The notes below the pieces were generated by a model that had not been told where the DNA came from, made no database searches, and saw only the letters and a program-made list of their open reading frames with translations. 64,000 bases of DNA from a phage: assembly GCA_022897995.1 (NCBI GenBank), contig GCA_022897995.1_4763.1. One strand, 5' to 3'. Position 1 is the first letter of the stretch. Each line of letters opens with the position of its first letter. Position numbers and translations under genes: made by a program. Shown here in pieces: positions 37,990 to 47,182 of the stretch.

Positions 37990-39159
37990 ATGTCAACAAA
38001 AGAAAACAACAAAAAAGTTTTAGCATTGTTCAAAAATCTGATGGCACTATGTGACGGATCTGATACGTTCTATTACAAAGATGAAATTACGGCGATGCAA
38101 ACCCGTATGCGCATTTTTAGCTATCTGTACTTGAGCAAACCGGAAATGTGGAATAAACCAGATGCGTTAGAGTGTCGCGGGATCATGTTTGAAATCGATG
38201 ATAAAGACCGACCAGTCCGCATTGCATCTCGTCCTATGGAGAAGTTTTTTAATTTAGGCGAGAATGACCGCGCTCGCTTTAAGCCGGAAGAGGTGGAAAT
38301 GGTCATGGACAAAATGGACGGTAGTCTAGTAAGCACATACATTGATAACGGCTATGTTCAGTTGAAGTCTAAAGCGGCATTGTACTCAAGCCAGGCAGAG
38401 AGAGCAAACGGTCTTCTGTATTCAGAGAAGTATGCGGAACTACGTGCTAAGATCGCCGATATTGGATCTGATTATACTTTCAACTTTGAATATACAGCAC
38501 CAAGCAACCGAATTGTTGTAGAATACAACGAACCGTCGCTGACACTTCTGAATGTACGCCATAACGTCACAGGAGAGTATGTACCGCATCAAATTATATT
38601 CTCCGATGCAATCCTGCGTCCTCATTTGGTAAATGCGTTACAGGTTGATTCAGCGCGTTTTAGCAATATTCTTGATGAAGTTCGGGTAGCGGAAGGTATC
38701 GAGGGAATTGTTGCACGAACCAAAGACGGTCAGATGTTCAAGGTGAAAAGTGAATGGTATATTGGTGTGCATAACATTAAAAACACATCGATGTTTCCTA
38801 ATAACCTGATCTACTATGTAGTAGAAAGCGAAACCGATGATTTGCGTGCTGCATATGAAGGTGAACCGGAAGCACTGGAACGAATCGAGCTATTCGAGGA
38901 AGCATTCAGGTCTATTCTTCGCAATGCCTTCACGACAGCAACAGAATTTTATAACACACACGCGGGAGAAGACAGAAAGACATATGCATCCAATGCGACT
39001 ATCGAATCACGTAAACATGGTGATGCACAAGCATATATTTTCATGTGTCTGATGATTGCATTTGATGGTCTTGATTATGACCGTATTCTGGCTTCAATGA
39101 AAACTTACTATATACGGAATTATAAGAAACTGATTCCGGCTGATAAGATTGATTGGTAA
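37990..39159 (+). CDS. rnlA: RNA ligase 1 (nucleotidyltransferase)
   Basis: 389 aa (T4 Rnl1 about 374 aa); KMDG lysine-adenylation motif (MDKMDGSLV); upstream of the spanin and pseT genes as in T4. Confidence 0.8.
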   Translation: MSTKENNKKVLALFKNLMALCDGSDTFYYKDEITAMQTRMRIFSYLYLSKPEMWNKPDALECRGIMFEIDDKDRPVRIASRPMEKFFNLGENDRARFKPEEVEMVMDKMDGSLVSTYIDNGYVQLKSKAALYSSQAERANGLLYSEKYAELRAKIADIGSDYTFNFEYTAPSNRIVVEYNEPSLTLLNVRHNVTGEYVPHQIIFSDAILRPHLVNALQVDSARFSNILDEVRVAEGIEGIVARTKDGQMFKVKSEWYIGVHNIKNTSMFPNNLIYYVVESETDDLRAAYEGEPEALERIELFEEAFRSILRNAFTTATEFYNTHAGEDRKTYASNATIESRKHGDAQAYIFMCLMIAFDGLDYDRILASMKTYYIRNYKKLIPADKIDW

Positions 39160-39164
39160 TAATA

Positions 39165-39190
39165 AGCGGGGCTTGCCCCGCCTTTTGTCG
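39165..39190 (+). terminator. rho-independent terminator
   Basis: GCGGGGCttgCCCCGCC hairpin followed by TTTTGT. Confidence 0.5.
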
Positions 39191-39201
39191 TTGGGGGTAA
39201 T

Positions 39202-39525
39202 ATGTCAAAGCTGATATACATTGTTATCATATCTGTGTTGTTGGGGGTAGGTGGCAATATGTGGTGGGAAAATAAAAAGGAGGTGGACCGATTAAATCAG
39301 GAATTTACAGAGTATAAGAAAAAGACAGATGAGAAGATGAAGATTGTAGACTCTCTACAAAAGGAGATGTACGGGATAAGAACTAAGTTTGCGGAAGAAC
39401 AAAACAAAGCAATGAAAGACGCTACACGAGGATATGTAGTAGCACAAAAACCTAAGTTGGTAGAGAAACAGCTTAATGATTCATTTAAGGAGTTTACCGA
39501 AGAATTAAAGGAGGCTACTAAATGA
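39202..39525 (+). CDS. inner-membrane spanin (i-spanin)
   Basis: N-terminal TM LIYIVIISVLLGVGG then coiled-coil-rich periplasmic part; located where T4 has its spanin genes next to pseT. Confidence 0.5.
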   Translation: MSKLIYIVIISVLLGVGGNMWWENKKEVDRLNQEFTEYKKKTDEKMKIVDSLQKEMYGIRTKFAEEQNKAMKDATRGYVVAQKPKLVEKQLNDSFKEFTEELKEATK

Positions 39526-39641
39526 GCATAGAAATATTGCCTACGCAAGAGCAGATAAGCAATTTTAATCTGGTTGATTATCTGGGGATAGGTGCAAGCA
39601 TTATTATCCTGATGGTGTTTTCAATTTTCGTGATACACTGG

Positions 39642-39974
39642 ATGTTTAAGAAAGCACATAAGAATTTTCAGACCGCCATAATCCATGTCTTCGCTGTACC
39701 TATTGTATTTGCTCTTTCTTCGTGTACAATGGACCATTATTCACAGGAACCGAAATTACATCCTCCACTACCAGCACCAATAGAAAAAGTTGACATTGAC
39801 CTGAAAGTGGATACAATAGACGGTAAACCTAGAGTTTCTATGTCGTGGGAGGACTCCCAAAAATTCAGAGTCTGGCTTGCGGATATCAAGAGATATACAC
39901 TTGAAAGTAAGTTGATCATGTGTTATTATCGCAAAGAACTTAATGAGGAACGGTGCAAACCGAAGGAGAAATAA
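39642..39974 (+). CDS. outer-membrane lipoprotein spanin (o-spanin)
   Basis: Internal start gives a signal peptide with lipobox ALSSC, then a proline-rich mature part; the tracked frame is open from 39522. Confidence 0.45.
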   Translation: MFKKAHKNFQTAIIHVFAVPIVFALSSCTMDHYSQEPKLHPPLPAPIEKVDIDLKVDTIDGKPRVSMSWEDSQKFRVWLADIKRYTLESKLIMCYYRKELNEERCKPKEK

Positions 39975-40852
39975 TGCCGAAATGTGAAGTGATTTTAACC
40001 GTTGGTTGTTCTGGGTCCGGTAAAACTACATGGGCTATGGAAACATGTAAACGGTTTAGTAATTATCGTAATGTGAATCGTGATGACCTTCGTCTTATGT
40101 TGTTTGGTGTTGACTCGCATTTGAAATACAAGTATACTAAGGAAAAAGAAAAGCTGGTAGAGTCTATTCAGAGAATGATTGCTCGCGAGACTCTATCACG
40201 CGGATTGAGTATCATTATCTCTGATACCAACCTGAAAGAAAAACATCGTGTATTCTACAAAGAACTTGCAAAAGAATTTAACGCGGTGTATACTGAACAA
40301 GTGTTCAATGAATCATTTGAGACACTAAAGAAACGTAATTTCTATCGTGGAGAGAAAGCAATTCCACTTTCTCATTTGCGTAACCAATTTTATCTGATGC
40401 AGGAATATATGGGTCAAGAAGTATACAAACCGAATACCATGCTGCCAAAGGCAGTGATCTTTGATATTGATGGGACATTAGCGGATAAAGGCGGTCGTCA
40501 TCCGTTTGACTGGACAAAGGTCAAAGAAGATAAACCGCGTCCGCAAGTGATCGAAATGCTTAAACTGTATCGTGACAATGGCTATCGTATCATTACGTGC
40601 TCAGGTCGTGAGGATGTTTGCGAGGAAGATACGCTGCAATGGTTGCGTGAACAAGGTATCGAACCTAGCGATCACTTCCAGCGTGAAACTAATGATCGAC
40701 GTCCAGACCATGAGGTGAAGAAAGAGATCTTTTTCTCGGAAATTGCACCGCGTTATCATGTTGTTTTGGCGGTAGATGACCGTGATCAAGTGGTTGACAT
40801 GTACCGCACAATCGGTGTAGAATGTTTTCAGGTTAACTACGGAGACTTTTAA
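39974..40852 (+). CDS. pseT: polynucleotide 5'-kinase / 3'-phosphatase
   Basis: P-loop GCSGSGKTT and HAD phosphatase motif FDIDGTL; about 292 aa from ATG 39974 (T4 Pnk about 301 aa). Confidence 0.9.
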   Translation: MPKCEVILTVGCSGSGKTTWAMETCKRFSNYRNVNRDDLRLMLFGVDSHLKYKYTKEKEKLVESIQRMIARETLSRGLSIIISDTNLKEKHRVFYKELAKEFNAVYTEQVFNESFETLKKRNFYRGEKAIPLSHLRNQFYLMQEYMGQEVYKPNTMLPKAVIFDIDGTLADKGGRHPFDWTKVKEDKPRPQVIEMLKLYRDNGYRIITCSGREDVCEEDTLQWLREQGIEPSDHFQRETNDRRPDHEVKKEIFFSEIAPRYHVVLAVDDRDQVVDMYRTIGVECFQVNYGDF

Positions 40853-41055
40853 TGTTTAACGATAAACTCAAGCAATTAGGCGAAGCACTTGCTAAACGTG
40901 GTTTTAATGTTGACATTGAACCAGCACCAATTAACCCGTTTAGCAATGAGCGTCGTAGTGTATATGTCATTATGCGAAATGATCATGGTGTGAATACATT
41001 CAGTGTAAAACAGTATAGCGACGGATCGGTAGAATACTTTCGCGTATACGGTTAA
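40852..41055 (+). CDS. hypothetical protein
   Basis: 67 aa ORF coupled to the pseT stop. Confidence 0.4.
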   Translation: MFNDKLKQLGEALAKRGFNVDIEPAPINPFSNERRSVYVIMRNDHGVNTFSVKQYSDGSVEYFRVYG

Positions 41056-41076
41056 TTATCTGGTGAGGATTATATT

Positions 41077-41583
41077 ATGTTGTCACAGACTTACATGCAG
41101 ATCGCCTATCTGATCGCAAAGAACTCTAAATGTGTTTCGTGGAAGGTAGGCGCACTAATTGAAAAAGACGGGCGAATCATTTCTACTGGATTTAATGGCA
41201 CTCCAGCAGGGCAAGTAAATTGTAGCTGTCATGCACATAAAAGCGGTTGGCTGGATGATGAAGGCAAAATGATCCCTGAAAAGCGACCGGAGCATAGCGC
41301 ATGGTCACAGAAAAACGAGATCCACGCTGAATTAAATGCTATTTTGTTTGCTGCCCGTAGCGGTGTATCGATTGAAGGCGCTAGTATGTGGTGTACTGCT
41401 TCACCGTGTCCAGATTGCGCTAAAGCAATTGCAAACAGTGGAATTAAACATCTATACTATTGCGATACATACGACCGAAATGGTGGGCGTGATTGGGCTG
41501 ATATTTTGGATAAAGCCGACATTACGGTTACGCGTATTCCAAAAGCCTTATTGACTGATTTGAAGGGTATTGATAATGACTGA
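41077..41583 (+). CDS. cd: dCMP deaminase
   Basis: Zinc-binding HAE ... PCxxC deaminase motifs (HAELNAIL, SPCPDCAKAI); 168 aa. Confidence 0.85.
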   Translation: MLSQTYMQIAYLIAKNSKCVSWKVGALIEKDGRIISTGFNGTPAGQVNCSCHAHKSGWLDDEGKMIPEKRPEHSAWSQKNEIHAELNAILFAARSGVSIEGASMWCTASPCPDCAKAIANSGIKHLYYCDTYDRNGGRDWADILDKADITVTRIPKALLTDLKGIDND

Positions 41584-41890
41584 ACAAATTGATAATATCG
41601 CACTTCGTGAAGCACTCAAGAAAATGTTTTCGGTCGGTACTCACTCTTTGCAGTTTACTAAGAAAGATGGTACTGTCCGCGAGATGATCGCCACGCGAGA
41701 TCCGGCACTGATGCCGTTTGAAACATACGAAAAGTGGTTAGTTCCGAATGTTGAAAAACCGCGTAAAGAATCAGAAACATCTTTGCCAGTATATGAAATT
41801 GCGGTTGAAGGTTTTCGTAGCTTCGGGCTTGATAGTCTGATTCATGTAGACGGGCGGACTCCAGCGCAGATCATCGAAATTTATAAATAA
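41570..41890 (+). CDS. hypothetical protein
   Basis: 106 aa ORF overlapping the cd stop. Confidence 0.4.
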   Translation: MIMTEQIDNIALREALKKMFSVGTHSLQFTKKDGTVREMIATRDPALMPFETYEKWLVPNVEKPRKESETSLPVYEIAVEGFRSFGLDSLIHVDGRTPAQIIEIYK

Positions 41891-41931
41891 TTCATCATTA
41901 AACTGTATTGATTTGAAGAGGTAATAAAATT

Positions 41932-42255
41932 ATGACCGTTAAAACTCCTAAAGCACTTGGTGACTATGTGATCATTGAAGCTAAAGCAGAAAGCGCAGGG
42001 ACCGAAGTTAAAAGCTCTATGGGTATCATTATTGAGCAAAAGCGCACTATGGGCGAGATTCCGCTGGTAGGTAAGATTATTGATATTGGTGAAACTGTAG
42101 ATAAAGAATTGCTGGGTAAAATTGTTCTACTGCCACATGGCAAGATGAATAAAGTTCCTCATCCAGACGTTATTAACGGCGTTAAGAAGGAAGAAGAGAT
42201 CGACCTGAAATGGACTGTAACGCACAAACAGAATATTGTGGTAGTTTACGGTTAA
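41932..42255 (+). CDS. 31: GroES-like co-chaperonin for capsid folding
   Basis: 107 aa (T4 gp31 about 111 aa); conserved VPHP segment; position between cd and ligase. Confidence 0.7.
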   Translation: MTVKTPKALGDYVIIEAKAESAGTEVKSSMGIIIEQKRTMGEIPLVGKIIDIGETVDKELLGKIVLLPHGKMNKVPHPDVINGVKKEEEIDLKWTVTHKQNIVVVYG

Positions 42256-42269
42256 TGATTTTAAACGGC

Positions 42270-42295
42270 GGGAAATAATCCCGCCTATATTTTGG
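42270..42295 (+). terminator. rho-independent terminator
   Basis: GGCGGGAaataaTCCCGCC hairpin followed by TATATTTTGG. Confidence 0.5.
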
Positions 42296-42337
42296 CTATA
42301 TGATTTTGTAAGTTATTGATTATTAAGGAATTTTATT

Positions 42338-42502
42338 ATGAAAACTATGAATGTAAACATCCACGAAATCCATACCGAAGTATTCACCGAAGAAGACCAG
42401 TTTGGTGTATGGGTAAATCCTCATTCGATTACTATCGATATTCCTCATGACGATTATGATCCGTTCTCTCTGATTAGCGAGATTAGTTTCAATGACTTCT
42501 GA
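42338..42502 (+). CDS. hypothetical small acidic protein
   Basis: 54 aa ORF after SD GGAATTTTATT; overlaps the next gene start. Confidence 0.35.
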   Translation: MKTMNVNIHEIHTEVFTEEDQFGVWVNPHSITIDIPHDDYDPFSLISEISFNDF

Positions 42503-42971
42503 AATTGATATCTATGCGGGTGGACCTTATCCATCGGGTGAATTGAGCAACTTCAATAAAAGACCATTCCGTCTATTTGGTTGCGATATTAACAGCACAG
42601 AAGGATTTTTACAGGGATTAAGATTCAAGAATCCAGAAAAGCAAAGAGAAATCTTTTTGATGCACGGTGGCAAAGCAAAAAGAACCGGAAGAACTGAAAA
42701 GATTGAGAATCACATGCTATATTTTCAGGGTCGCCCGATTCATCGAATGAGTGAGCATTATTACAGACTGGTACATCTGGCATTTGTTACGATGGCACGG
42801 AATAACCCAGAATTTTGTAAAGCATTACTCGCTACCGGAAATAAGAAATTACGTCATAGCATAGGTGGAACTGATCCGTTAAAGACTATATTGACCGAAT
42901 CAGAATTTTGTAGTATCCTCAATGATATTCGTGAACGTTTAACAAAACGAGGTGAAAATGTCAATTCTTAA
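42492..42971 (+). CDS. NADAR-like (YbiA/DUF1768) domain protein
   Basis: Pattern LSNF...PF...G......EhxxQxxKF and ALLATG resembles the YbiA/NADAR family; 159 aa. Confidence 0.45.
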   Translation: MTSEIDIYAGGPYPSGELSNFNKRPFRLFGCDINSTEGFLQGLRFKNPEKQREIFLMHGGKAKRTGRTEKIENHMLYFQGRPIHRMSEHYYRLVHLAFVTMARNNPEFCKALLATGNKKLRHSIGGTDPLKTILTESEFCSILNDIRERLTKRGENVNS

Positions 42972-44454
42972 TATCATTAACCAGCTTGCAGCAACAGACA
43001 AAACATCGCTGAAAGAAAAGATTCTGAAAGAATCTGCAAGCAATGAAACGCTGAAAGAATGCTTTTATCTGGCATATTGCAAACAGGTTACGTTTGGCGT
43101 AAAGAAATACGATAAACCATCGCGCTATTCGTCTGTATTGTCTTTATCCGGTGCATTACAAGTCTTTAAAAATAAACTTGCCACGCGTCAAGTAACTGGT
43201 AATGCTGCATTACAGCTAGTTACCGATACTCTGACTTGCTTGTCAGAAGACGATGCTAAAGTTGCAATGATGGTATTGAATCGAGACCTAGAATGCGGTT
43301 GTTCCGCTACCACCGCAAACAAGGTATGGAAGAAACTGATCCCCCAGCAACCATGCCACCTTGCATCGTCATATTCTGATAAGGCTATTGCTAATATCAA
43401 ATATCCGGCGTATGCACAGCTTAAAAGCGATGGCGCTCGTGGTATGGCTGATATTGACGGGGAAACATTAGCAATCTATACCCGTTCAGGTAATATCTAT
43501 CAGGGACTTGATGATTTGTTTTCTGTTTTAGAGCGTCTACGAGGCCGTGGAATTGTTCTAGATGGCGAATTGGTATATATGCCTACCCTTTCGCAAACAC
43601 CAGCGCAGAACTTCGTTGAGAGCGTTTATGATGGTACTCTGTCATGGATATTTGAAGAAGAGGAAATGCCATTAACGCCAGTAGCGGAAGCAGTGAAAGA
43701 ATCCGTTGTTGCAGATCGTCAGACCGGAAATGGTATCCTCAACAAATCACTGAAAGGAACTATTCCAAAAGAAGAAGCCCAATGTATTGTTTACACTGTC
43801 TGGGATGTTATCGACCGTGATGTGTATTACGGAAACGAGAAAGCAACGAAGCAATATAAAGATCGATTCGAAGAACTAAAACAGATTGTTGAAGAACTTA
43901 ACGATCCTCGTGTGCAGATAATCGAAAATACTGTAGTTAACAATATCGATGAAGCTCGCGAAGTATATCATCGCTATGTAAACATGGGCTTAGAAGGTAT
44001 TATCCTTAAAAATTTACATGGTGTATTTGAAGATCGTCGCAGTAAAGATCAGGTTAAATTTAAAGAAGTGATTGACTTCGACGCGGAAATTGTTGATGTA
44101 TATCCGCATAGTAAAGATCCTAATAAGGTAGGCGGTTTTACTGTCCGTAGTGCGTGCGGACGAATGATGACTAACACCGGGTCGGGATTGACAGACACCA
44201 CAACCGAAAAAGGTGATGATGGTATCGAACGTGTGATTCCGTTAGATCGTCGAAATGAACTCGACCGAGAAATGTTATGGGCTGACCGTCATAACCTGAT
44301 TGGAAAAGTCATTGAGATGACATGCAACGGGTATATCCGCAGCAAATCACGTAAAGAAGATGAACCGGAGTTCTCTTTATTTCTCCCGATCATCAAACGT
44401 ATTCGCTACGACAAGACCACTGCAAATACAGTAAAAGAGGTATTCGATGTGTGA
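42952..44454 (+). CDS. 30: ATP-dependent DNA ligase
   Basis: 500 aa (T4 ligase about 487 aa); adenylation motif KSDG (AQLKSDGARG). Confidence 0.9.
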   Translation: MKMSILNIINQLAATDKTSLKEKILKESASNETLKECFYLAYCKQVTFGVKKYDKPSRYSSVLSLSGALQVFKNKLATRQVTGNAALQLVTDTLTCLSEDDAKVAMMVLNRDLECGCSATTANKVWKKLIPQQPCHLASSYSDKAIANIKYPAYAQLKSDGARGMADIDGETLAIYTRSGNIYQGLDDLFSVLERLRGRGIVLDGELVYMPTLSQTPAQNFVESVYDGTLSWIFEEEEMPLTPVAEAVKESVVADRQTGNGILNKSLKGTIPKEEAQCIVYTVWDVIDRDVYYGNEKATKQYKDRFEELKQIVEELNDPRVQIIENTVVNNIDEAREVYHRYVNMGLEGIILKNLHGVFEDRRSKDQVKFKEVIDFDAEIVDVYPHSKDPNKVGGFTVRSACGRMMTNTGSGLTDTTTEKGDDGIERVIPLDRRNELDREMLWADRHNLIGKVIEMTCNGYIRSKSRKEDEPEFSLFLPIIKRIRYDKTTANTVKEVFDV

Positions 44455-44923
44455 TAATGAAGGGGCGAAAGCCCCTAAACCTAAAAAATTGTCAAAGAAA
44501 GAGCAACGCCAGATCCTGAAAATGAAATACGGTGGACGTTGTGCCTATTGTGGCGAGGAACTAGGGGATCGCTGGCACGCAGACCACATCAAACCAGTAT
44601 TGCGACGCTCAAAAGTAGTCTATGATGAAAATGGACGAATTGCCCGTAATGATGATGGATCGTGGAAGTATAAGGTTGTAGGAATGCATAAACCGGAGCA
44701 CGATATACTTGATAACATGAATCCGGCTTGTGTGCAATGCAATCTTTACAAAAGCTGTATGGGCTTAGAATACTGGCGTAAGTGTATACGCGAGAACTTC
44801 CAGAAGTACATTCAACGTAACATGGGATTACGTGCGGCTAAACGCTTTGGCTTGCTTTCAATCCACGATCAACCAGTAGAATTTTATTTCGAAAAGTACG
44901 AGCGCGAGCATCAAGAAAAATAA
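44447..44923 (+). CDS. HNH endonuclease (possible free-standing homing endonuclease)
   Basis: CAYCG...HADHIKP...N...CVQCNLYK His-Me finger motif; a GGGGCGAAAGCCCC hairpin lies in the first codons, so the true start may be the internal ATG near 44522. Confidence 0.55.
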   Translation: MCDNEGAKAPKPKKLSKKEQRQILKMKYGGRCAYCGEELGDRWHADHIKPVLRRSKVVYDENGRIARNDDGSWKYKVVGMHKPEHDILDNMNPACVQCNLYKSCMGLEYWRKCIRENFQKYIQRNMGLRAAKRFGLLSIHDQPVEFYFEKYEREHQEK

Positions 44924-44937
44924 TTCAAAAAAAGTTG

Positions 44938-44996
44938 TTGACAGGGGATCACCGATCCCCTATACTACACACATACCGAAACGAACTAGGAGAATC
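44938..44996 (+). promoter_or_regulatory. sigma70-like promoter with stem-loop in the spacer
   Basis: TTGACA 44938-44943, spacer GGGGATCACCGATCCCC (perfect palindrome), TATACT 44961-44966; leader CACATACCGAAACGAACTAGGAGAATCA. Confidence 0.65.
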
Positions 44997-45000
44997 AATT

Positions 45001-45180
45001 ATGAACTTCAACGAAATCATCGCTAAAATCCGCTACAACGAAGAAACCATTGAACTGATGCAAAACAATATCACCAATGGTTATATGATTGCAGCGTCAC
45101 AAGAAATCATTGATTTGACAGTAGCAGAAAATGCTCAGTTGAAACATCAACTTTCAACGGCTGGCGTGATTGTTATGTAA
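45001..45180 (+). CDS. hypothetical protein
   Basis: ATG 45001 directly after the conserved leader and SD. Confidence 0.45.
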   Translation: MNFNEIIAKIRYNEETIELMQNNITNGYMIAASQEIIDLTVAENAQLKHQLSTAGVIVM

Positions 45181-45197
45181 TAAAGAGAGGTGACTAA

Positions 45198-45530
45198 ATG
45201 GCAAAAGTTCAGGTAGGCGAGGTCTTCAAAATGGAAGACCATACCGTAGAAGAGATGAAAGGCGCAGTATTGAAAGTAATTAATTCAATGTGGCGTAGTG
45301 TTCTTTACATCAACTTTATCGACGGTGATGTGTGGTGGGCTAGTGATAACGTTAAATGGGGCGTTAAATGGGACGAAGAAGGCAATATGGTCATCAAGTT
45401 CTACAAAGGTCATACTCACTGGTTAGGAACAGAGGATGTTGTAGAAGTTCTGGCGGTTGATGTTATGCCAGGAGAGATCGAAAGTCTTAGCGGAACCGCA
45501 AAAGAAGCATTGACACGCCATTTCGTGTGA
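45198..45530 (+). CDS. hypothetical protein
   Basis: 110 aa ORF with SD AGAGAGGTGACT. Confidence 0.45.
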   Translation: MAKVQVGEVFKMEDHTVEEMKGAVLKVINSMWRSVLYINFIDGDVWWASDNVKWGVKWDEEGNMVIKFYKGHTHWLGTEDVVEVLAVDVMPGEIESLSGTAKEALTRHFV

Positions 45531-45587
45531 TGTAATATAACAATCATCGGGAGGGGCAATACTCTCCCACAAATTGAGGATAATATT

Positions 45588-45896
45588 ATGGAACGTACCA
45601 ATTTGTTTGTAACCGAACCTTTCGTTGAAGGCAACAAGAACCTTGCTAATACGGTTATTCTTTACGAAGATTGGATCTTTTACATTGACGAGAATTTAGA
45701 CGTATATTGTCGTCCAACTCCAAATGACTCATTCTATATCGAAGAAAACGATACACATAATCATTGGTATAACGGAAACGACGAAACAGACCTTGCTATT
45801 GTTCTCGAATCAGGTGTAGAATCGGAACATGCAGATGAAGTAGCGGATAAATTTGTACAATACGCATATAAAGATAAAGATGAGGATGAAGAATAA
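45588..45896 (+). CDS. hypothetical acidic protein
   Basis: 102 aa ORF with SD GAGGATAATATT. Confidence 0.45.
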   Translation: MERTNLFVTEPFVEGNKNLANTVILYEDWIFYIDENLDVYCRPTPNDSFYIEENDTHNHWYNGNDETDLAIVLESGVESEHADEVADKFVQYAYKDKDEDEE

Positions 45897-45903
45897 AAAG
45901 TTG

Positions 45904-45962
45904 TTGACAGGGGATCGGTGATCCCCTATACTACACACATACCAACGAGATATAGGAGAATC
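45904..45962 (+). promoter_or_regulatory. sigma70-like promoter with stem-loop in the spacer, near-identical to the copy at 44938
   Basis: TTGACA 45904-45909, spacer GGGGATCGGTGATCCCC, TATACT 45927-45932; same leader and SD. Confidence 0.65.
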
Positions 45963-45966
45963 AAAA

Positions 45967-46134
45967 ATGTTCCAGACTAAAGCAGAATGCGAAGCATACA
46001 TTGTAGCAAACCACGGTGAAGACTACCTGAAATTCGATATCGTAGTAGCACAGAAGATCACCGGAATGGTTGCAAAATATCTGGGTGTTAAAGAAGGTTA
46101 CTATCCAAGCAACGCACCAGAAATTAACAAATAA
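45967..46134 (+). CDS. hypothetical small protein
   Basis: 55 aa ORF after TAGGAGAATCAAAA; too short for the ORF track. Confidence 0.4.
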   Translation: MFQTKAECEAYIVANHGEDYLKFDIVVAQKITGMVAKYLGVKEGYYPSNAPEINK

Positions 46135-46148
46135 TTTTATAAAAAGTG

Positions 46149-46213
46149 TTGACAGGGGAGACACCCTCCCCTATAATATACACATCGAAACGAGATACCA
46201 ATTAGGAGAATCA
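46149..46213 (+). promoter_or_regulatory. sigma70-like promoter with stem-loop in the spacer
   Basis: TTGACA 46149-46154, spacer GGGGAGACACCCTCCCC, TATAAT 46172-46177; leader ACACATCGAAACGAGA...TAGGAGAATCA. Confidence 0.65.
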
Positions 46214-46217
46214 AACA

Positions 46218-46469
46218 ATGGCTAACATCGAAACCGCAAAGAAAATCGCTAAAGACCTGAACGTTAAAGGCTTCCGTAAACTGAAATTACAGCGTGTACG
46301 CTACACCATCGGCAAACAGTGCTCTTTCATGAGCGAAGAAGTTGCTAACAGCCTCATCGATAACCTGATCGCGGCTGGCTGGGAAGTTACGGATCTGAAA
46401 ACTTGCAGCGAACTGGCTAACAAAGGTCTTTTAGATTCTGTTACTATCAAACCAATGGGGGCAGCGTGA
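46218..46469 (+). CDS. hypothetical protein
   Basis: 83 aa starting MANIET, the same first five codons as the ORF at 48105; first gene after the promoter. Confidence 0.45.
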   Translation: MANIETAKKIAKDLNVKGFRKLKLQRVRYTIGKQCSFMSEEVANSLIDNLIAAGWEVTDLKTCSELANKGLLDSVTIKPMGAA

Positions 46470-47182
46470 AACAAAAATTAATATTCTGCAACTTTGACGG
46501 ATCGGGGATAATGGGGCTAGAATGGGCTAAAGCAGGTCATAAGGTGATCTGCTTTAATGCTGACGATGGCGACCACGGTACATACAAAAAGTATAATACC
46601 AGATTTGAACATCCAAACATTACCTATGTAAACACATGGATTGATTTGAACTGGCTGGAAAGAGCAATGGACCTTGAATGGGGGAAACCGGATATTATCT
46701 TTGCATTCCCACCGTGCACAAATTTAGCTGTTAGTGGCGCTGCACACTTTGAACGAAAGAAACGAGAGCAAGGACCATTGATTCAAGTTCATGATGTGAG
46801 GGCAGCTAAAATAACCGCTTATTTGGGTGAATGGCTAGGAGTTCCCTACATGATAGAGAATCCTGTAAGCGTTATCTCTAGCATGTGGCGTAAGCCTGAT
46901 TACATGTTCCATCCGTGGGAATATGGTGGTTATTTGCCGGAAGATGATAAACATCCTACGTTTCCTGAGTATATCGCCGCCCGTGATATGTACCCGAAAA
47001 AGACTTGCTTATGGACCGGACAAGGCTTTATAATGCCAGAAAAGAAACCGTTGCCGATTAATAAAGGGTACAGTAAACAGCATTCTAAGCTAGGCGGGAA
47101 AGGAACCAGAACAAAGACTATCAGGTCACTTACCCCGCGAGGATTTGCAAAGGCAGTATTTGAAGCCAATAAGGATCTATAA
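46466..47182 (+). CDS. C5-cytosine methyltransferase-like protein (SAM-dependent, compact)
   Basis: Motif I-like FCNFDGSGIMG, motif IV-like FAFPPCTNLAVSG (PC catalytic Cys), motif VI-like MIENPVS, C-terminal RSLTPRGFAKAV; 238 aa with only a short candidate target-recognition region. Confidence 0.45.
   Translation: MKQKLIFCNFDGSGIMGLEWAKAGHKVICFNADDGDHGTYKKYNTRFEHPNITYVNTWIDLNWLERAMDLEWGKPDIIFAFPPCTNLAVSGAAHFERKKREQGPLIQVHDVRAAKITAYLGEWLGVPYMIENPVSVISSMWRKPDYMFHPWEYGGYLPEDDKHPTFPEYIAARDMYPKKTCLWTGQGFIMPEKKPLPINKGYSKQHSKLGGKGTRTKTIRSLTPRGFAKAVFEANKDL

Noticed and set aside
39522-39974. Full 150 aa frame as a single protein
   Set aside because: An internal ATG at 39642 gives a canonical signal peptide and lipobox expected for an o-spanin; the upstream extension would bury the signal peptide. 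The shorter start is preferred but not proven.
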